NCBI GenBank assembly: GCA_032718475.1
Contig: JAUCBJ010000394.1
Coordinates: 1-45,461, forward strand
Reading direction: 5' to 3'
DNA length: 45,461 nt
DNA from: Nemertoderma westbladi
Taxonomy: Eukaryota; Animalia; Xenacoelomorpha
In this document: in pieces, positions 10,558 to 22,878 of the stretch
Layout: every line of letters starts with the position of its first letter
How positions within the stretch are numbered: position 1 is the first letter of the stretch
Made by a program: the position numbers and the translations under genes
Notes under the pieces: model-generated
What the model saw: the letters and a program-made list of their open reading frames with translations, nothing else
Databases searched by the model: none
What the model was told of the DNA's origin: nothing

Positions 10558-11384
10558 CTGCAATTTGAAATTAATATTTACATACTGTACGGTAGGGATG
10601 CAAAAAAAAATCGACGGCCTGTTGACGAACAGACGTACTGTATTCCTCATTTTGTTAATTACCCACAAATCGCGTTTGAAAAATTTGGTTTTTTAATTTT
10701 ACATCGGGATGCGCTATTGGTATCTACAACAGGCATTGCAATTGTGTACAGACGGATTTTCTGACATTATTTTTCAGACTGTACCGGTATACAGTATATT
10801 TCATTCTCTTCGTCAAAACACTTTTTGCCATTTGTTGTAAATACGTCCATAACTTGAAAATTTACTTATTATACAGATAATAACGTGTTTTAGCTGTGAT
10901 TATAGGAAAATAATACCTGAAGCAAATTAATTATTTCTTGTAATACGTGAGAAAAAAAGTAACAATTTAAGGGTAAAAAGTTGTATAACTGCCGAAGACC
11001 GGACGAAAATATTGCATAGTATACCTGACCTACTGTAAGTAGTTAACAACATAATATTACAATATAATTTAATTAATAATTATAGTTTCATATAGACATT
11101 GTTAGCCAAGTTAATTAGTAGTGGTGGTGTGGGGGATTGGGAGATTGCTATAAAAATCGGCGCAGTCCTGTTAACAACTGCCCTGGTACCCTTACAGAGT
11201 CATCAGGTAACCGATGTTGCATATCCTCTAATTGGCAATGTATTATAATCGAAATCTTCGTGAAGATATGAGGAATGTTTAGAAGTGGATTTTTCTCATG
11301 TCATGTTTACTAAGTTGAAAAGTACGCAAGCGTTAATATACTCATACCACTATTTCAACCGTTGACTAGTTACCGGTATCTTCT

Positions 11385-11962
11385 GCCGGAAGACTCTCCT
11401 TTGTTGAAGTGGAGACTGCTGCAAAGAGCAAGACCAAGCGTGCCAGTGGAGTAGATGGTGTTCACCCTGAGGTCTTTAAGATACCAAAATGTTTGGAGCT
11501 CATTTATCCCATCACAGTAGACATGTAAAGGACGACAAGAGTCCCACAAGAAATGAAAACAAATAAGTTGGTGCCAGTTCCCAAGAAGGGCAACCTAACA
11601 CTCTATGGTTCTTTTCGGGGAATCTCATTGATCTCAATTGCTGCAAAGCTATACAATAGAATTCTATTAAATCGCATCAGGGATCCCATTGAGAGACTGC
11701 TCCGTGGAAATCAGAATGGGTTCCGTAAAGATCGTGGGACCATGGAGCCCATTTTGGCACTTAGAGGGATAATTGAAGAGTTATCAAAAAAGAAAGACAG
11801 GCAGCTGTTATCTTTGTTGACTTCTTCAAGGCCTTTGATTCATTCATTATATGGATTTCCTGATGAATTTATTGCAGCAATCAGATCAGTATACGATGAT
11901 TCGAAGACGGAAGTCAGGTGAGGACTTTCGAATTGAATACATAAGGGAAAGGCATAGGTAAA
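11385..11962 (+). mobile_element. Degenerate, internally deleted RTE-like LINE reverse transcriptase fragment
   Basis: VPVPKKGNL..FRGISLISIAAKLYNRILLNRI..QNGFR; its last ~50 bp (gaagtcaggtgaggac...aagggaaaggcat) match 28007-28050 of the other LINE copy. Confidence 0.88.
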
Positions 11963-12013
11963 GGTATAACTACCACTACTTACTAAAGGTGGTACACACT
12001 GAATTTAACTTAC

Positions 12014-12137
12014 ACGGTGAACATAATGGGTTGCCTGTATAAAAATCTGTAAACAGCATTCCATCACTGGCCATTGTGTCCAGATTTGGTGTCTCGCGAT
12101 TTGGTTCTCCATTGGTGGCAATGTCGCCCCATCCCAT
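12014..12137 (-). CDS. GALNS: GALNS coding exon 2
   Basis: cag|ATG...T|gtaag, 124 nt; [41 protein letters not shown]; splicing to exon 3 gives the catalytic CSPSR (formylglycine) motif. Confidence 0.95.
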
Positions 12138-13627
12138 CTGAAAAATACATGAGAATTTATGGTCTAGGTTCACGGATTTCTAATCCAGAGCTGCTTGGCC
12201 TGCCCTGCTGTATATTAGGCCTACCGCAAACACTGTTTCCAGTAGGAGGCCTCCAGTTAGCCCTTCTTGTTGCCAGTCCTGAGCTGTTTAGAAGGCCGTG
12301 CCCAGCACTCAGTACAGCAGTTGGAATATTATTACAATTAAATATATTTAAATGTATTTTTCCACTCACACGTGTAGCCCCATATATAAATAATAATACT
12401 TTTAGTTTCGCTCTGGCGTTATGCAGGTTGTCCATTAATGCAATTTATAATTAGTATAACATTGCCATATATATACGTGTATAACATTTTGAAATTTACT
12501 AAATTTACAGTCCTCCCAGCCAAAAAAAGAAGAATAGAAGTAGAAAAATAATTGAATACAAAACTGAAATAACCTGATAGGAAACGGTTATAAAATAATT
12601 TATATTTCCTGTTGAATGCTAAATTTATTTCATTAAACTTACAAATTACTACGAAGAATCCCCTTATGGGGGGGGTCATTGTTTTAATAAAAAGAGGAAA
12701 CTTAAATTGAGACCATTAATGAACACAGAGAGAAAAATTGAAATTTTAATAAGGAAAGTGTCAATTTTTCCTAAAGAAGAAAATTGGTAAAAATAACCAA
12801 AAAAAATTTATAAATCAAAATGGTGGATATAGTAATGGGTCAACCTCTGTCCACCCCAACAGCCATTTTAAATATTTTTCCGCAATGAATCCCGAAGTGG
12901 CCGAAGATCAGTACATTTGGGGTACCAGAAGTTGGTCATCCTTAATTGCACTAGGCCTATGAGGCAGTCGCGCAAAGTGTCGCTTTGGTGCGATAGGTTC
13001 AGTGCGCTTAGGTGACCTCCAAACATAAATATCTTTCAAAATCACATTCTACATTCCTTCACAACCACATTCTAGGATTCTACCGATTGCTTAAGGATTC
13101 ATTCCAACAGGAACAGAACGTAAGGATTCGTGCTAAGCGAGAGGAGTGGCGGGATATACTGTAGCTCCTACGAAGTGCTATAAAACTGCACCCCGATCGA
13201 TGCATGAGTAGAGCTCAGATGGGATGGGGGGCATTCATGCCTATGCAGGCCTAAATATCAGCTAAACAAGCAAGTAACAGCTGATTTCTCCAAGAAATAA
13301 AACTGTAACATGTTCTATTGACTTTAGTTTATTGTTTTGGTTATCCTGCACCTAACCCGTAATTTAAAATTTTGCATTGAGACGAAATATAAATTCGGGA
13401 TTTGCGTTGAGAACACCCCCCCCCCCCCCTCTCCCCGTCTCGTAAAGTGAGATATAACATTAACTGACAATTGAATTTCGGATGTGATCATAATTACAAA
13501 TTAGCAGAACATATATTGAAGTAAAAGTTTTATTAAGCAAATAATCAAAGTATTAATGTAATTAAGTATAAGTACTAATTAAAATAGCAAACCTGAGTTA
13601 AAAAACGCACACGTGAACGTTATTTAG

Positions 13628-13920
13628 TACTTAGCGAGACTAAAAACCAACGGATGAGAGACCCAGAAGTCGTATGCATCAAGTGATGAACTGAATGTAG
13701 CAGAAAATCGATTTGGTGAGCCAATAATGGTTCTGCTATTACTATGTGTACCGTACCGTGCGTTTATAATATACATGTTAAGCCATTGTTTTGGCTGACT
13801 GACTAGGTGACAGAGAACCATTTTGTCAGCCACTAACTTTTGTCTCTAAAAGTCAAACCGATAACTCACTGTGTGCCAATAATGGATCGCACACCAGATG
13901 CTTTTTAGTTTCGCTAAATA
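13628..13920. mobile_element. Small MITE-like element with ~19-bp terminal inverted repeats
   Basis: tacttagcgagactaaaaa versus tttttagtttcgctaaata (2 mismatches), TA at both ends. Confidence 0.5.
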
Positions 13921-14140
13921 TTCCAAAGGTGAAGATGTTTTTTACATAACATGTGCATGGCGAAAAGGTTAAATAGGACTAATAGGTAAATAACACACTG
14001 CATTATTTAAATTAGACTTAATTAGACTACAGACATAGTCAGCACTCCTCCGATTACAAAATACTAAGTAAAACGCACATCATGTGCTGTACTTGTATTG
14101 TTATTTATGTACGATGAGAAGAATATATAATAATTATATG

Positions 14141-14460
14141 CAGAGGCGTAGCAACGGGGGGGAATGTTCCCCGGGGCGACCCAGGGGCGCCAGGGATTGT
14201 GATACAGTATTTACAGGACATGTGTCATTAGCTAAAATGTACAAAAAATTTATCTGCTCGCTTCGCTCGGCATTCAATATATTATAAGTGAACCACTGTA
14301 TACCAAACTTGTGTATAACAGATTTGATATAGTTAGTACATACTGTTAGATATAATATTTATGAAAAAAATGTAATAAATTAAAATTTTAAATTATTGAA
14401 GGGGGGCGGCTACCTCAGGCTTCATACCCCTGGGCGCCAGAAGGGCTCGCTACGCCTCTG
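14141..14460. mobile_element. MITE with CAGAGGCGTAGC terminal inverted repeats (hAT-like ends)
   Basis: Perfect 12-bp TIR (cagaggcgtagc / gctacgcctctg) with GC-rich subterminal blocks; no clear TSD. Confidence 0.75.
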
Positions 14461-14572
14461 GTAGTAAGTACCGTATTTACTCGAATAAAAAAATTTACGT
14501 ATTTGCTTATATGTTTTGTTTACAAATTTCCATAGGAATAAATATATAAATAGAGATCAGAAAGGGGCGGGC

Positions 14573-16290
14573 AAATATAGTAATTCGAGTAAATATAGAA
14601 ACTCGAGTAAATATAGAAACTCGAGTAAATATAGAAACTCGAGTAAATATAGAAACTCGAGTAAATATAGAAACTCGAGTAAATGTAGAAACTCGAGTAA
14701 ATATAGAAACTCGAGTAAATATAGAAACTTGAGTAAATATAGAAACTCGAGTAAATATAGAAACTCGAGTAAATATAGAAACTCGAGTAAATATAGAAAC
14801 TCGAGTAAATATAGATACTCGAGTAAATATAGCAACTCGAGTAAATATAGAAACTCGAGTAAATATAGCAACTCGAGTAAATATAGAAACTCGAGTAAAT
14901 ATAGAAACTCGAGTAAATATAGAAACTCGAGTAAATATAGAAACTCGAGTAAATATAGAAACTCGAGTCAATATAGAAACTCGAGTAAATATAGAAACTC
15001 GAGTAAATATAGAAACTCGAGTAAATATAGAAACTCGAGTAAATATAGAAACTCGAGTAAATATAGCAACTCGAGTAAATATAGAAACTCGAGTAAATAT
15101 AGAAACTCGAGTAAATATAGAAACTCGAGTAAATATAGAAACTCGAGTAAATATAGATACTCGAGTAAATATAGAAACTCGAGTAAATATAGAAACTCGA
15201 GTAAATATAGAAACTCGAGTAAATATAGAAACTCGAGTAAATATAGAAACTCGAGTAAATATAGAAACTCGAGTAAATATAGCAACTCGAGTAAATATAG
15301 AAACTCGAGTAAATATAGCAACTCGAGTAAATATAGAAACTCGAGTAAATATAGAAACTCGAGTAAATATAGAAACTCGAGTAAATATAGAAACTCGAGT
15401 AAATATAGAAACTCGAGTAAATATAGATACTCGAGTAAATATAGAAACTCGAGTAAATATAGAAACTCGAGTAAATATAGAAACTCGAGTAAATATAGAA
15501 ACTCGAGTAAATATAGAAACTCGAGTAAATATAGAAACTCGAGTAAATATAGAAACTCGAGTAAATATAGATACTCGAGTAAATATAGATACTCGAGTAA
15601 ATATAGAAACTCGAGTAAATATAGAAACTCGAGTAAATATAGAAACTCGAGTAAATATAGAAACTCGAGTAAATATAGTAACTCGAGTAAATATAGAAAC
15701 TCGAGTAAATATAGAAACTCGAGTAAATATAGAAACTCGAGTAAATATAGAAACTCGAGTAAATATAGCAACTCGAGTAAATATAGTAACTCGAGTAAAT
15801 ATAGAAACTCGAGTAAATATAGAAACTCGAGTAAATATAGAAACTCGAGTAAATATAGATACTCGAGTAAATATAGAAACTCGAGTAAATATAGAAACTC
15901 GAGTAAATATAGATACTCGAGTAAATATAGAAACTCGAGTAAATATAGAAACTCGAGTAAATATAGCAACTCGAGTAAATATAGTAACTCGAGTAAATAT
16001 AGAAACTCGAGTAAATATAGAAACTCGAGTAAATATAGATACTCGAGTAAATATAGATACTCGAGTAAATATAGCAACTCGAGTAAATATAGAAACTCGA
16101 GTGAATATAGAAACTCGAGTAAATATAGCAACTCGAGTAAATATAGTAAATCGAGTAAATATAGAAACTCGAGTAAATATAGAAACTCGAGTAAATATAG
16201 AAACTCGAGTAAATATAGAAACTCGAGTAAATATAGAAACTCGAGTAAATATAGAAACTCGAGTAAATATAGAAACTCGAGTAAATATAG
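14573..16290. repeat. Minisatellite, 18-bp unit CTCGAGTAAATATAGAAA, ~95 copies
   Basis: Direct reading; highly homogeneous, with variants mostly in the GAAAC part (GCAAC, GATAC, GTAAC); degenerate units at both edges. Confidence 0.99.
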
Positions 16291-17287
16291 TCATTTGAAT
16301 AAATATAGTAATTTAATATTTAACGTAAATGATAAGGCACCAGGATCAAATTGTCGATATAAAATATATATAACAAAGCAAACGTTTGTGTTGTCCGATA
16401 GATATTGTACATGCATATGGCCACTTAAGTATACTGCAGCTATAACTATACTATTAGTAAATAATATTTCAAGAATAAGATAATATATATAAGTATATTC
16501 GTATTCGTGTTATATATATTGGCCAAAAATCTATAACCAAAAATGAAAATACTCAGCTGCTTAAAATAAAAGGTAACAGGTTAGCGTAATACTAATGATA
16601 TAATTGTAAAGTAAAATCACTTTACAGTGGGCTGATCTAAGTTGTTTATTACAGGAACGACGGTAAAGAGTGAATGGTAATAAATAAACGAGGTTCGTAT
16701 CACTGCAAACTTCGTTGCAACAAGCATGCATGTCATTATATTACAAATTGTATGCGAAAAGCTGCACAGATGAAAAATTTCATAACATAACTTTTTTGGA
16801 TTTAAAAAAAAATGTGCGATATTATTGGTGGACTTTCTCAACTTTTATTATATGAATAAATATAGAATGGGTTGGAAAAATTCATCAACACACTCTGACT
16901 CTATATATTTTAGTGTGTTGTTGAATTGAATGAATTTAAATTAATTGTTTAAAAAGTTGAAAGGTATGTTGCTAGAAAAATGTTCAAATAACTATCATAA
17001 GTAACACAATTTAGCCATCATTTTTCAATTTTCCTTGCGAGCGTATATATGTCTTATATATAAGTCGAAAAGATGTGAAACTGTAAATTAATAGACAAGG
17101 AGCAGGAGGTGACATAAATTTTGGAATAAAAACAATATCTTATAAGAATTATATTACAGCGGTAGATGGGTGGGGTAAGTTTTATTAATTGTAGACAAAA
17201 GTATAAATATAATATAGAGAGCGAGTCAAAATGCTGTAAAATTCATTTACAAGTATTAAAATACTGTTCCAATTCCGAATCAAATTG

Positions 17288-20200
17288 TCAGATTACCAAT
17301 AAGAGAAAAACGAATAGCGAAATAGAGAGAGATGCAGTGGAGGAAATAGAAACGCCCCTATCGCCACAAACATTGTCACACGACTCGCAAACATCGCAAA
17401 CCTCAACCGACTTCAGAGCCTCTGATTGGTAAGTAGCTGTCTTCTGCATTGCCGGTTGATAATAATCGTAAACTTTAACCGTGCTTGGTTGACTACCAGT
17501 AACTATGGTATCCCGTAACATTGTCATCGTAACGCAGGTATCTTTAGAACTGTATAACTGACCAAAGTAAAGATTCACTTTGCCACCCGGTGGATCTGGG
17601 TCAACTCTCTTTAGGTTGGGAACATCATTAAGACTTTCTAAGTCAATAGAAAATCCGGATGGAATACCGACTTCCATAACAGCCATTCCGGAATCACCTT
17701 CTTCCGTATATTGCGTACATGCCGTAACAAGTAATTCATTCTTACTATAATCCACCAGCTCAACACCTACAAGGAAGGAGGGCTTATAAGATTCCTTGTA
17801 GGTATTGTACTTGACGACTAGTTGCAGTAAGGCTTGTCCTTCACCAACAGCATTTACAGTAACTGTAGATCCAACATCGGGAAGCTCAAGTTTCTGCATC
17901 ACGGATAGATTATTAGTATTGACAGTAACCGTGCCAGTGAAATCATCAGAGGTCACGGTCACATCCATATCAGCTTTATGAGTAAAAGTGAATTTTGAGA
18001 GCGCCTGCAACGCAATAATGGTGTCCTGGGTTGAAGAGAAACCCCCGAGATCATTACGTTGGGATGACAACCAACGTAGAACCGACATACCGCTGATAAC
18101 ATTATCGGTTTCTGAGTATATCAAAAGGGCATATGAAGTCATTTCAATATCGTGAGAGGCGGGTGGATAATAAGGACAACGCCACATTTGATCTCCATCG
18201 ACAGGTATTACATCTACAATCGGCGGCTTCTTCCAATATTTCATACCATCTTCAACCGTAGCAAGCTCTTCCAGGGCTGATAAAGCATCAACAGCTTTTT
18301 CGCTCTTAGATAATGTCAATGCATATGTTACTAGGGCTAACGCATAAACATCGTCTTTAATTGAATCCAATTCTTTTTCCAAATACTCAGTTGCTTGTTG
18401 ACGTAGACTAATCGCCAGTTGATCATCGGTATAGACCGCGGCCCTAATAGCTTCTGAGAGAGCGATACTAACAAAGGCCGTCATTGTAACGCCAGAAGTC
18501 ACTCCGCCTTGCATATCTTTATGGTGAATGGTGCCGGGTTCACTGAACTTACCGCCGCTTTGGTGGTCGGACATCCATTTCGTAGCATCCTCAATGACGA
18601 TCGGATCAATATCAATAAATGATTTAGATTGTGCGAACACCTTGATAACAAAAGCTGTTAACCACAAACTGCCACTGTCATCTCTGTCCCCAAATGCACT
18701 AAAAGAACCATCCTTTCTCATGTAGGTCAACTCTCTCTGATAACCAATCAACATAAACTTAGAGGTCTTCTCGCTAATTTCACTAGTTAATTCACCAATT
18801 TCAATTAAATAATTCCTAACGTAAACATTTGGTGCAAATGTGATCATATTTTGTTCACCACAACCAGTTGGCATCATTAGTAGCTGATCAATGTTGTCTA
18901 TGGATGGCCCCATTACATCACCAACGACACTAACCACAGCTCTTGTCGAATTCTCAACAGCATCTGGAGGTATCTCGCTACTGAACTCTCTTTGTAATGG
19001 GGAACTTTCGGTAAGATCAATAAACCAGGATTTGGTAAAAATACCGGGGACACCTTCGGGTTCAACCTTCAACGTTCTCTCAACTGCATCAGCTGTAGTA
19101 GTTGTTTGTGCAGTTACTTTCAGTTTAATGATACCAAGCCGCCTAGGTATAATAGGGAAGCCAACAGTTTTACCTGTGTTTGATGGGAGAGTAATCTGGT
19201 ATGACAAATATTGGCTGTTACTTGAAGCCGAAGATGATCCTTTCTTGGGAATAATAGTGAAATCATCGGAATCCTGTAAGGAAATCGTCACCGACTGACT
19301 CCCTGGAAGGTAATTGAATACAGTCGCTTCCACAACAAGTTTCTCTCCGCGTATGACAGAGTATGGGAGGTTAAGTTGGACAAAGAATGGCGTGAATGCC
19401 TCCAGTGTAACGGGAGAATCGACTACTCCTAATCCCGTAGTATCTGACACAGAGAATGCCGTAGTTACCCAGGATGTGATGGTATCAGGTACCTTTTCGA
19501 TAATAGTCGCCCTCCCATCGTTATCCACTGTAACATCTTTCCAGATCCAGGCTTCCGGGAACCACTTTCTAACTCGTTTAGGAGATTGTAATTTCTCAGG
19601 TTTACCTGACACAACTTCTTCCTTTACCGAAACGGCATTTTTAAACAGAACTCCACCAGGTGCTCCTCGGGCCACTTCCGCATCCATCATTTGTACTTCA
19701 GGAAACATATAAGGTTGGAGAGTTTTTGGTATAATAAGATTGGTAAGAATAATCAACCCAGATTTCATAAAAGTTAAACTTGCATCACTTCCAATATCTG
19801 ACCTCGGCCAATACTTCCCAACACGGCCCAGTGGTAAAGGCCGATCGCCACTATCAGCGATAGATGAACCAAACATCTCTATACCGGCTTTCACATCATC
19901 CTGAGTGATATCGTTACCGGACTTGAGTAGCAACACACTTTGGTCAATAGAGAGAAGAAAGACCTTCGCATTGTCACCGCTAACGATGTCTAGGTTCACA
20001 TACGCACCGGGTTTCTGTTGCGTTTTACTAAATTCCAATGAAACTTTATTTCTAATGAGACCATTGACGTAGAAATTAAAGCTATCAGCTACCACTTCGC
20101 CATCTGTACGAGTATAAAAAACAACGATATTCGCAGAAGGTGACATTGACTGAGCAACATTTATTGCCAGGTCACCTGTTAGACTGGCGATGTTCTGTTT

Positions 20201-21688
20201 GCCGATATCAATGATATTTCCTCTCGATATTATTTGGTAGATCAATTCACCTGATATCTCAGTACTCCTAATTTTAAATGTGGCGATCTTTTCAGGTTCA
20301 AATGTTGACGATTCGCTAGATATTTGGATGAAGTTATTACTCGGAGAGAATGCTTTTTTAGGAGTGGCTACAACAGAAACAGACCTACTTCCCCTTCCAG
20401 AGTAAACAGCTTCTATCGTAAATATTTCTTGACGGTACCGGTACCGGTCTTCTTCTTCGTCAATATCACTAATCAACGCCTCCCCGTCTATTTCTATCTT
20501 AACAATACCACTTGGGTTAATGTTGTAAATTTTTGAAAATAACTCATTGTCCCAAAGTTTAGCGGTCACGACGATATTACGAGATATGCCATCATTGAGC
20601 CGAGATCCATCGGGAAACGTAGCTCTAATGTATGCCGTAAAGGGAAGACCGGGTTTAAATGTGTCTGGCGAATATTTAGTGAACTCCAGAGACAACTCAT
20701 TGTCGTATACAATAACTCCACTCGTGCTGTTTGCCGATTTACCTGTGACAGAATCAACAACTTCCACGACCAACGAAACAGAACCTGCATATTCTACAAT
20801 GGCTTTGTAATCCGCAAGATTTAAGGTAAAGGTATGTTTGCCAGCAATATTGGCAGTCTGTATCACTATCGATTTCCCGTGTTTAGCTATTTCAATTTTA
20901 GCAGTGCCTTTGACATCTTTACCGTATGTATATTTAGCTTCTACGGAAACACTGAATTCTTTATCGGATGTTACAATAAATGCCGGAGAATCTATTATTA
21001 CCTCAAACTTAGGAAGAACATATCGATCGACAGTGATCTGTTTTTCTTCTTTTATACCGGTCTCAGATGTCAGACGTATAACCCAATCACCCAGAGGAGG
21101 TTCGCTAGACAGGGGAAACTTGTATTGTAAGACTCCAGTGGCGCCAGTGTCCATGTCGTGCTTAACAATTTTGTTACCATTGGGGTCAATAACTTCTAAC
21201 TGAAATTTGACATTTCTCACAATTTGTAAATCATCCGGCTCTACAGCCAATCCGCGCAAGTTCACTGTCTCCCCGGGTTTATATATCGCTTTATCCGTTT
21301 GAATGAAAGTTGAAAATGATCTCTTCTCGAATTCAATGGCTGTGGAATTACTAAATATCACAGGAGATGTACCTTTTGCAAAAAGACTGTACTTTCCAGA
21401 CTTTTCTCGTTCTTCAATGACAGCAGGTATCATTAAGACCAACTCATTAGAGACATTGGTTGTTACTTTAAACTCGGCCTCAACTATAGGAGGGCTATCT
21501 GAACCATGAATAATACTGAGAGTCACATCTTGTTCATTACTTTCGGACACAATAAATGCATTGACAGTGAGGTTCTGCCCAGAGCGAAAAGATTTCGGTG
21601 AAATTATAATATAGGAAGTAGCATCAAGAGAAGGTAAGCTCGCTGCTGCAACAACAATGAACAAACTGAGTATATCAACTACATTCAT
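17288..21688 (-). CDS. CD109: CD109-like thioester-containing protein (alpha-2-macroglobulin/TEP family), single coding exon, 1466 aa
   Basis: Signal peptide; FIQTDKAIYKPG; YVLPKFEV; RKWFPEAWIW; PDTITSW; thioester GCGEQ; downstream His in GTIHHKDMQGG; GGFSSTQDT; VYDYYQP; C-terminal hydrophobic GPI-signal-like tail typical of CD109. Confidence 0.93.
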   Translation of the reverse strand: MNVVDILSLFIVVAAASLPSLDATSYIIISPKSFRSGQNLTVNAFIVSESNEQDVTLSIIHGSDSPPIVEAEFKVTTNVSNELVLMIPAVIEEREKSGKYSLFAKGTSPVIFSNSTAIEFEKRSFSTFIQTDKAIYKPGETVNLRGLAVEPDDLQIVRNVKFQLEVIDPNGNKIVKHDMDTGATGVLQYKFPLSSEPPLGDWVIRLTSETGIKEEKQITVDRYVLPKFEVIIDSPAFIVTSDKEFSVSVEAKYTYGKDVKGTAKIEIAKHGKSIVIQTANIAGKHTFTLNLADYKAIVEYAGSVSLVVEVVDSVTGKSANSTSGVIVYDNELSLEFTKYSPDTFKPGLPFTAYIRATFPDGSRLNDGISRNIVVTAKLWDNELFSKIYNINPSGIVKIEIDGEALISDIDEEEDRYRYRQEIFTIEAVYSGRGSRSVSVVATPKKAFSPSNNFIQISSESSTFEPEKIATFKIRSTEISGELIYQIISRGNIIDIGKQNIASLTGDLAINVAQSMSPSANIVVFYTRTDGEVVADSFNFYVNGLIRNKVSLEFSKTQQKPGAYVNLDIVSGDNAKVFLLSIDQSVLLLKSGNDITQDDVKAGIEMFGSSIADSGDRPLPLGRVGKYWPRSDIGSDASLTFMKSGLIILTNLIIPKTLQPYMFPEVQMMDAEVARGAPGGVLFKNAVSVKEEVVSGKPEKLQSPKRVRKWFPEAWIWKDVTVDNDGRATIIEKVPDTITSWVTTAFSVSDTTGLGVVDSPVTLEAFTPFFVQLNLPYSVIRGEKLVVEATVFNYLPGSQSVTISLQDSDDFTIIPKKGSSSASSNSQYLSYQITLPSNTGKTVGFPIIPRRLGIIKLKVTAQTTTTADAVERTLKVEPEGVPGIFTKSWFIDLTESSPLQREFSSEIPPDAVENSTRAVVSVVGDVMGPSIDNIDQLLMMPTGCGEQNMITFAPNVYVRNYLIEIGELTSEISEKTSKFMLIGYQRELTYMRKDGSFSAFGDRDDSGSLWLTAFVIKVFAQSKSFIDIDPIVIEDATKWMSDHQSGGKFSEPGTIHHKDMQGGVTSGVTMTAFVSIALSEAIRAAVYTDDQLAISLRQQATEYLEKELDSIKDDVYALALVTYALTLSKSEKAVDALSALEELATVEDGMKYWKKPPIVDVIPVDGDQMWRCPYYPPASHDIEMTSYALLIYSETDNVISGMSVLRWLSSQRNDLGGFSSTQDTIIALQALSKFTFTHKADMDVTVTSDDFTGTVTVNTNNLSVMQKLELPDVGSTVTVNAVGEGQALLQLVVKYNTYKESYKPSFLVGVELVDYSKNELLVTACTQYTEEGDSGMAVMEVGIPSGFSIDLESLNDVPNLKRVDPDPPGGKVNLYFGQLYSSKDTCVTMTMLRDTIVTGSQPSTVKVYDYYQPAMQKTATYQSEALKSVEVCDVCESCDNVCGDRGVSISSTASLSISLFVFLLLVI

Positions 21689-22878
21689 ATTTCTTCTATT
21701 TTTATTTGTCAGTTTGTTGATTATATATAGGCCTAATAATAATTGGTACCGTTTTGCAGTATTGGCCTACTGTAGAACTAACACTTTGGCATTTAGCAGT
21801 TTAGTTCTAATTTATTATATGCAGGTATATTAGGTAGGTACAATATTTAGTGTAGGCCTATGCAGCTAGTACAGTAGTAGGCATGTGCTGGAATGCTTCG
21901 TATACAGGAGGTATAAAATGCTACATTTCCACGGGCTGACGGGAGTTGATGGGCGGTACTGCAGTACTGACTGACTGACGTAGGGCTATAGAACGGTACT
22001 TCCTCGTGCTGTCGTGGGTAATTCAGTAATTCTGTAATTTCATTCCCATGTGCCATGGAGCAGCGACCACACGTACCAATGCGTACTGACTGACTGACGT
22101 AGGAGCAGGGAGCACTGGAGCAGGGGAGGTGTTTCAGGACAGCAGGACCGAGACCGTGTTATAAACAATACTGCAATATACACCACTGACAGACTGAAAT
22201 TCCGCTTTTGATGAACATGAAGTTCGGTATCTTTCTATAAAAGACAGTACCCTGCCCATTACAAGTACAGAAGTATACAGCGGCTTACAGTTGGGTATTC
22301 TCAGCGAGATTTCGCTGCTTTGTGAAACCAAATCTCGCTGCCTATTTCCTCAAAATTGCAGCCAAATCGGGTTGCCTTTGAGATCTCCGAACATCAAAGG
22401 ATGCCCGACTTGCTACTTCAGTACTTGAGATCTGCTAGACATACAGACATACCTTCTGGGATATGAGTGACATCTTTCTGAGTCTCAATTGCCTAACTAC
22501 AAACTTCCCCAAGCCGTAGGTATCACGTAGGCAGGTAGGCCTATCTAATAGCAACAGACTCAGACTCCCAAATGGCCACTGGGCTTTAGTCAAATTGATG
22601 AATAGGATGGCCGCATCTACCTACAGTAGGTCTAGGCCTATACCAGTATACAGAGCTGTGATGTAGGCCTAACTCCTACATGTCTTACTACCAGCGAGGC
22701 TTTGTATTCACTTTCACAGGCAGACAGGTTTCGTATATCAGTACAGCAGTATAATCCTATTATATCGCTTAACAATCATGCATTAATCAGTTAATATGCT
22801 AATATGCAGTATGCACACTTCAGCACTTACAGTAGAGAATCAGAAATTGAATACATATCTGTATAAGTGTGAAGTAAG

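Noticed and set aside
14573-16290. CRISPR-like array
   Set aside because: Head-to-tail repeats with no unique spacers, no cas genes, eukaryotic context
14507-16483. Long ORFs of 387-655 aa on both strands
   Set aside because: Artefacts of a stop-free 18-bp satellite; no unique coding flanks
16880-16926. Small hairpin downstream of CD109
   Set aside because: Short AT-rich stem, plausibly chance or a TE remnant; no other support
18528-21509. Several + strand ORFs
   Set aside because: Antisense shadows of the CD109 coding sequence
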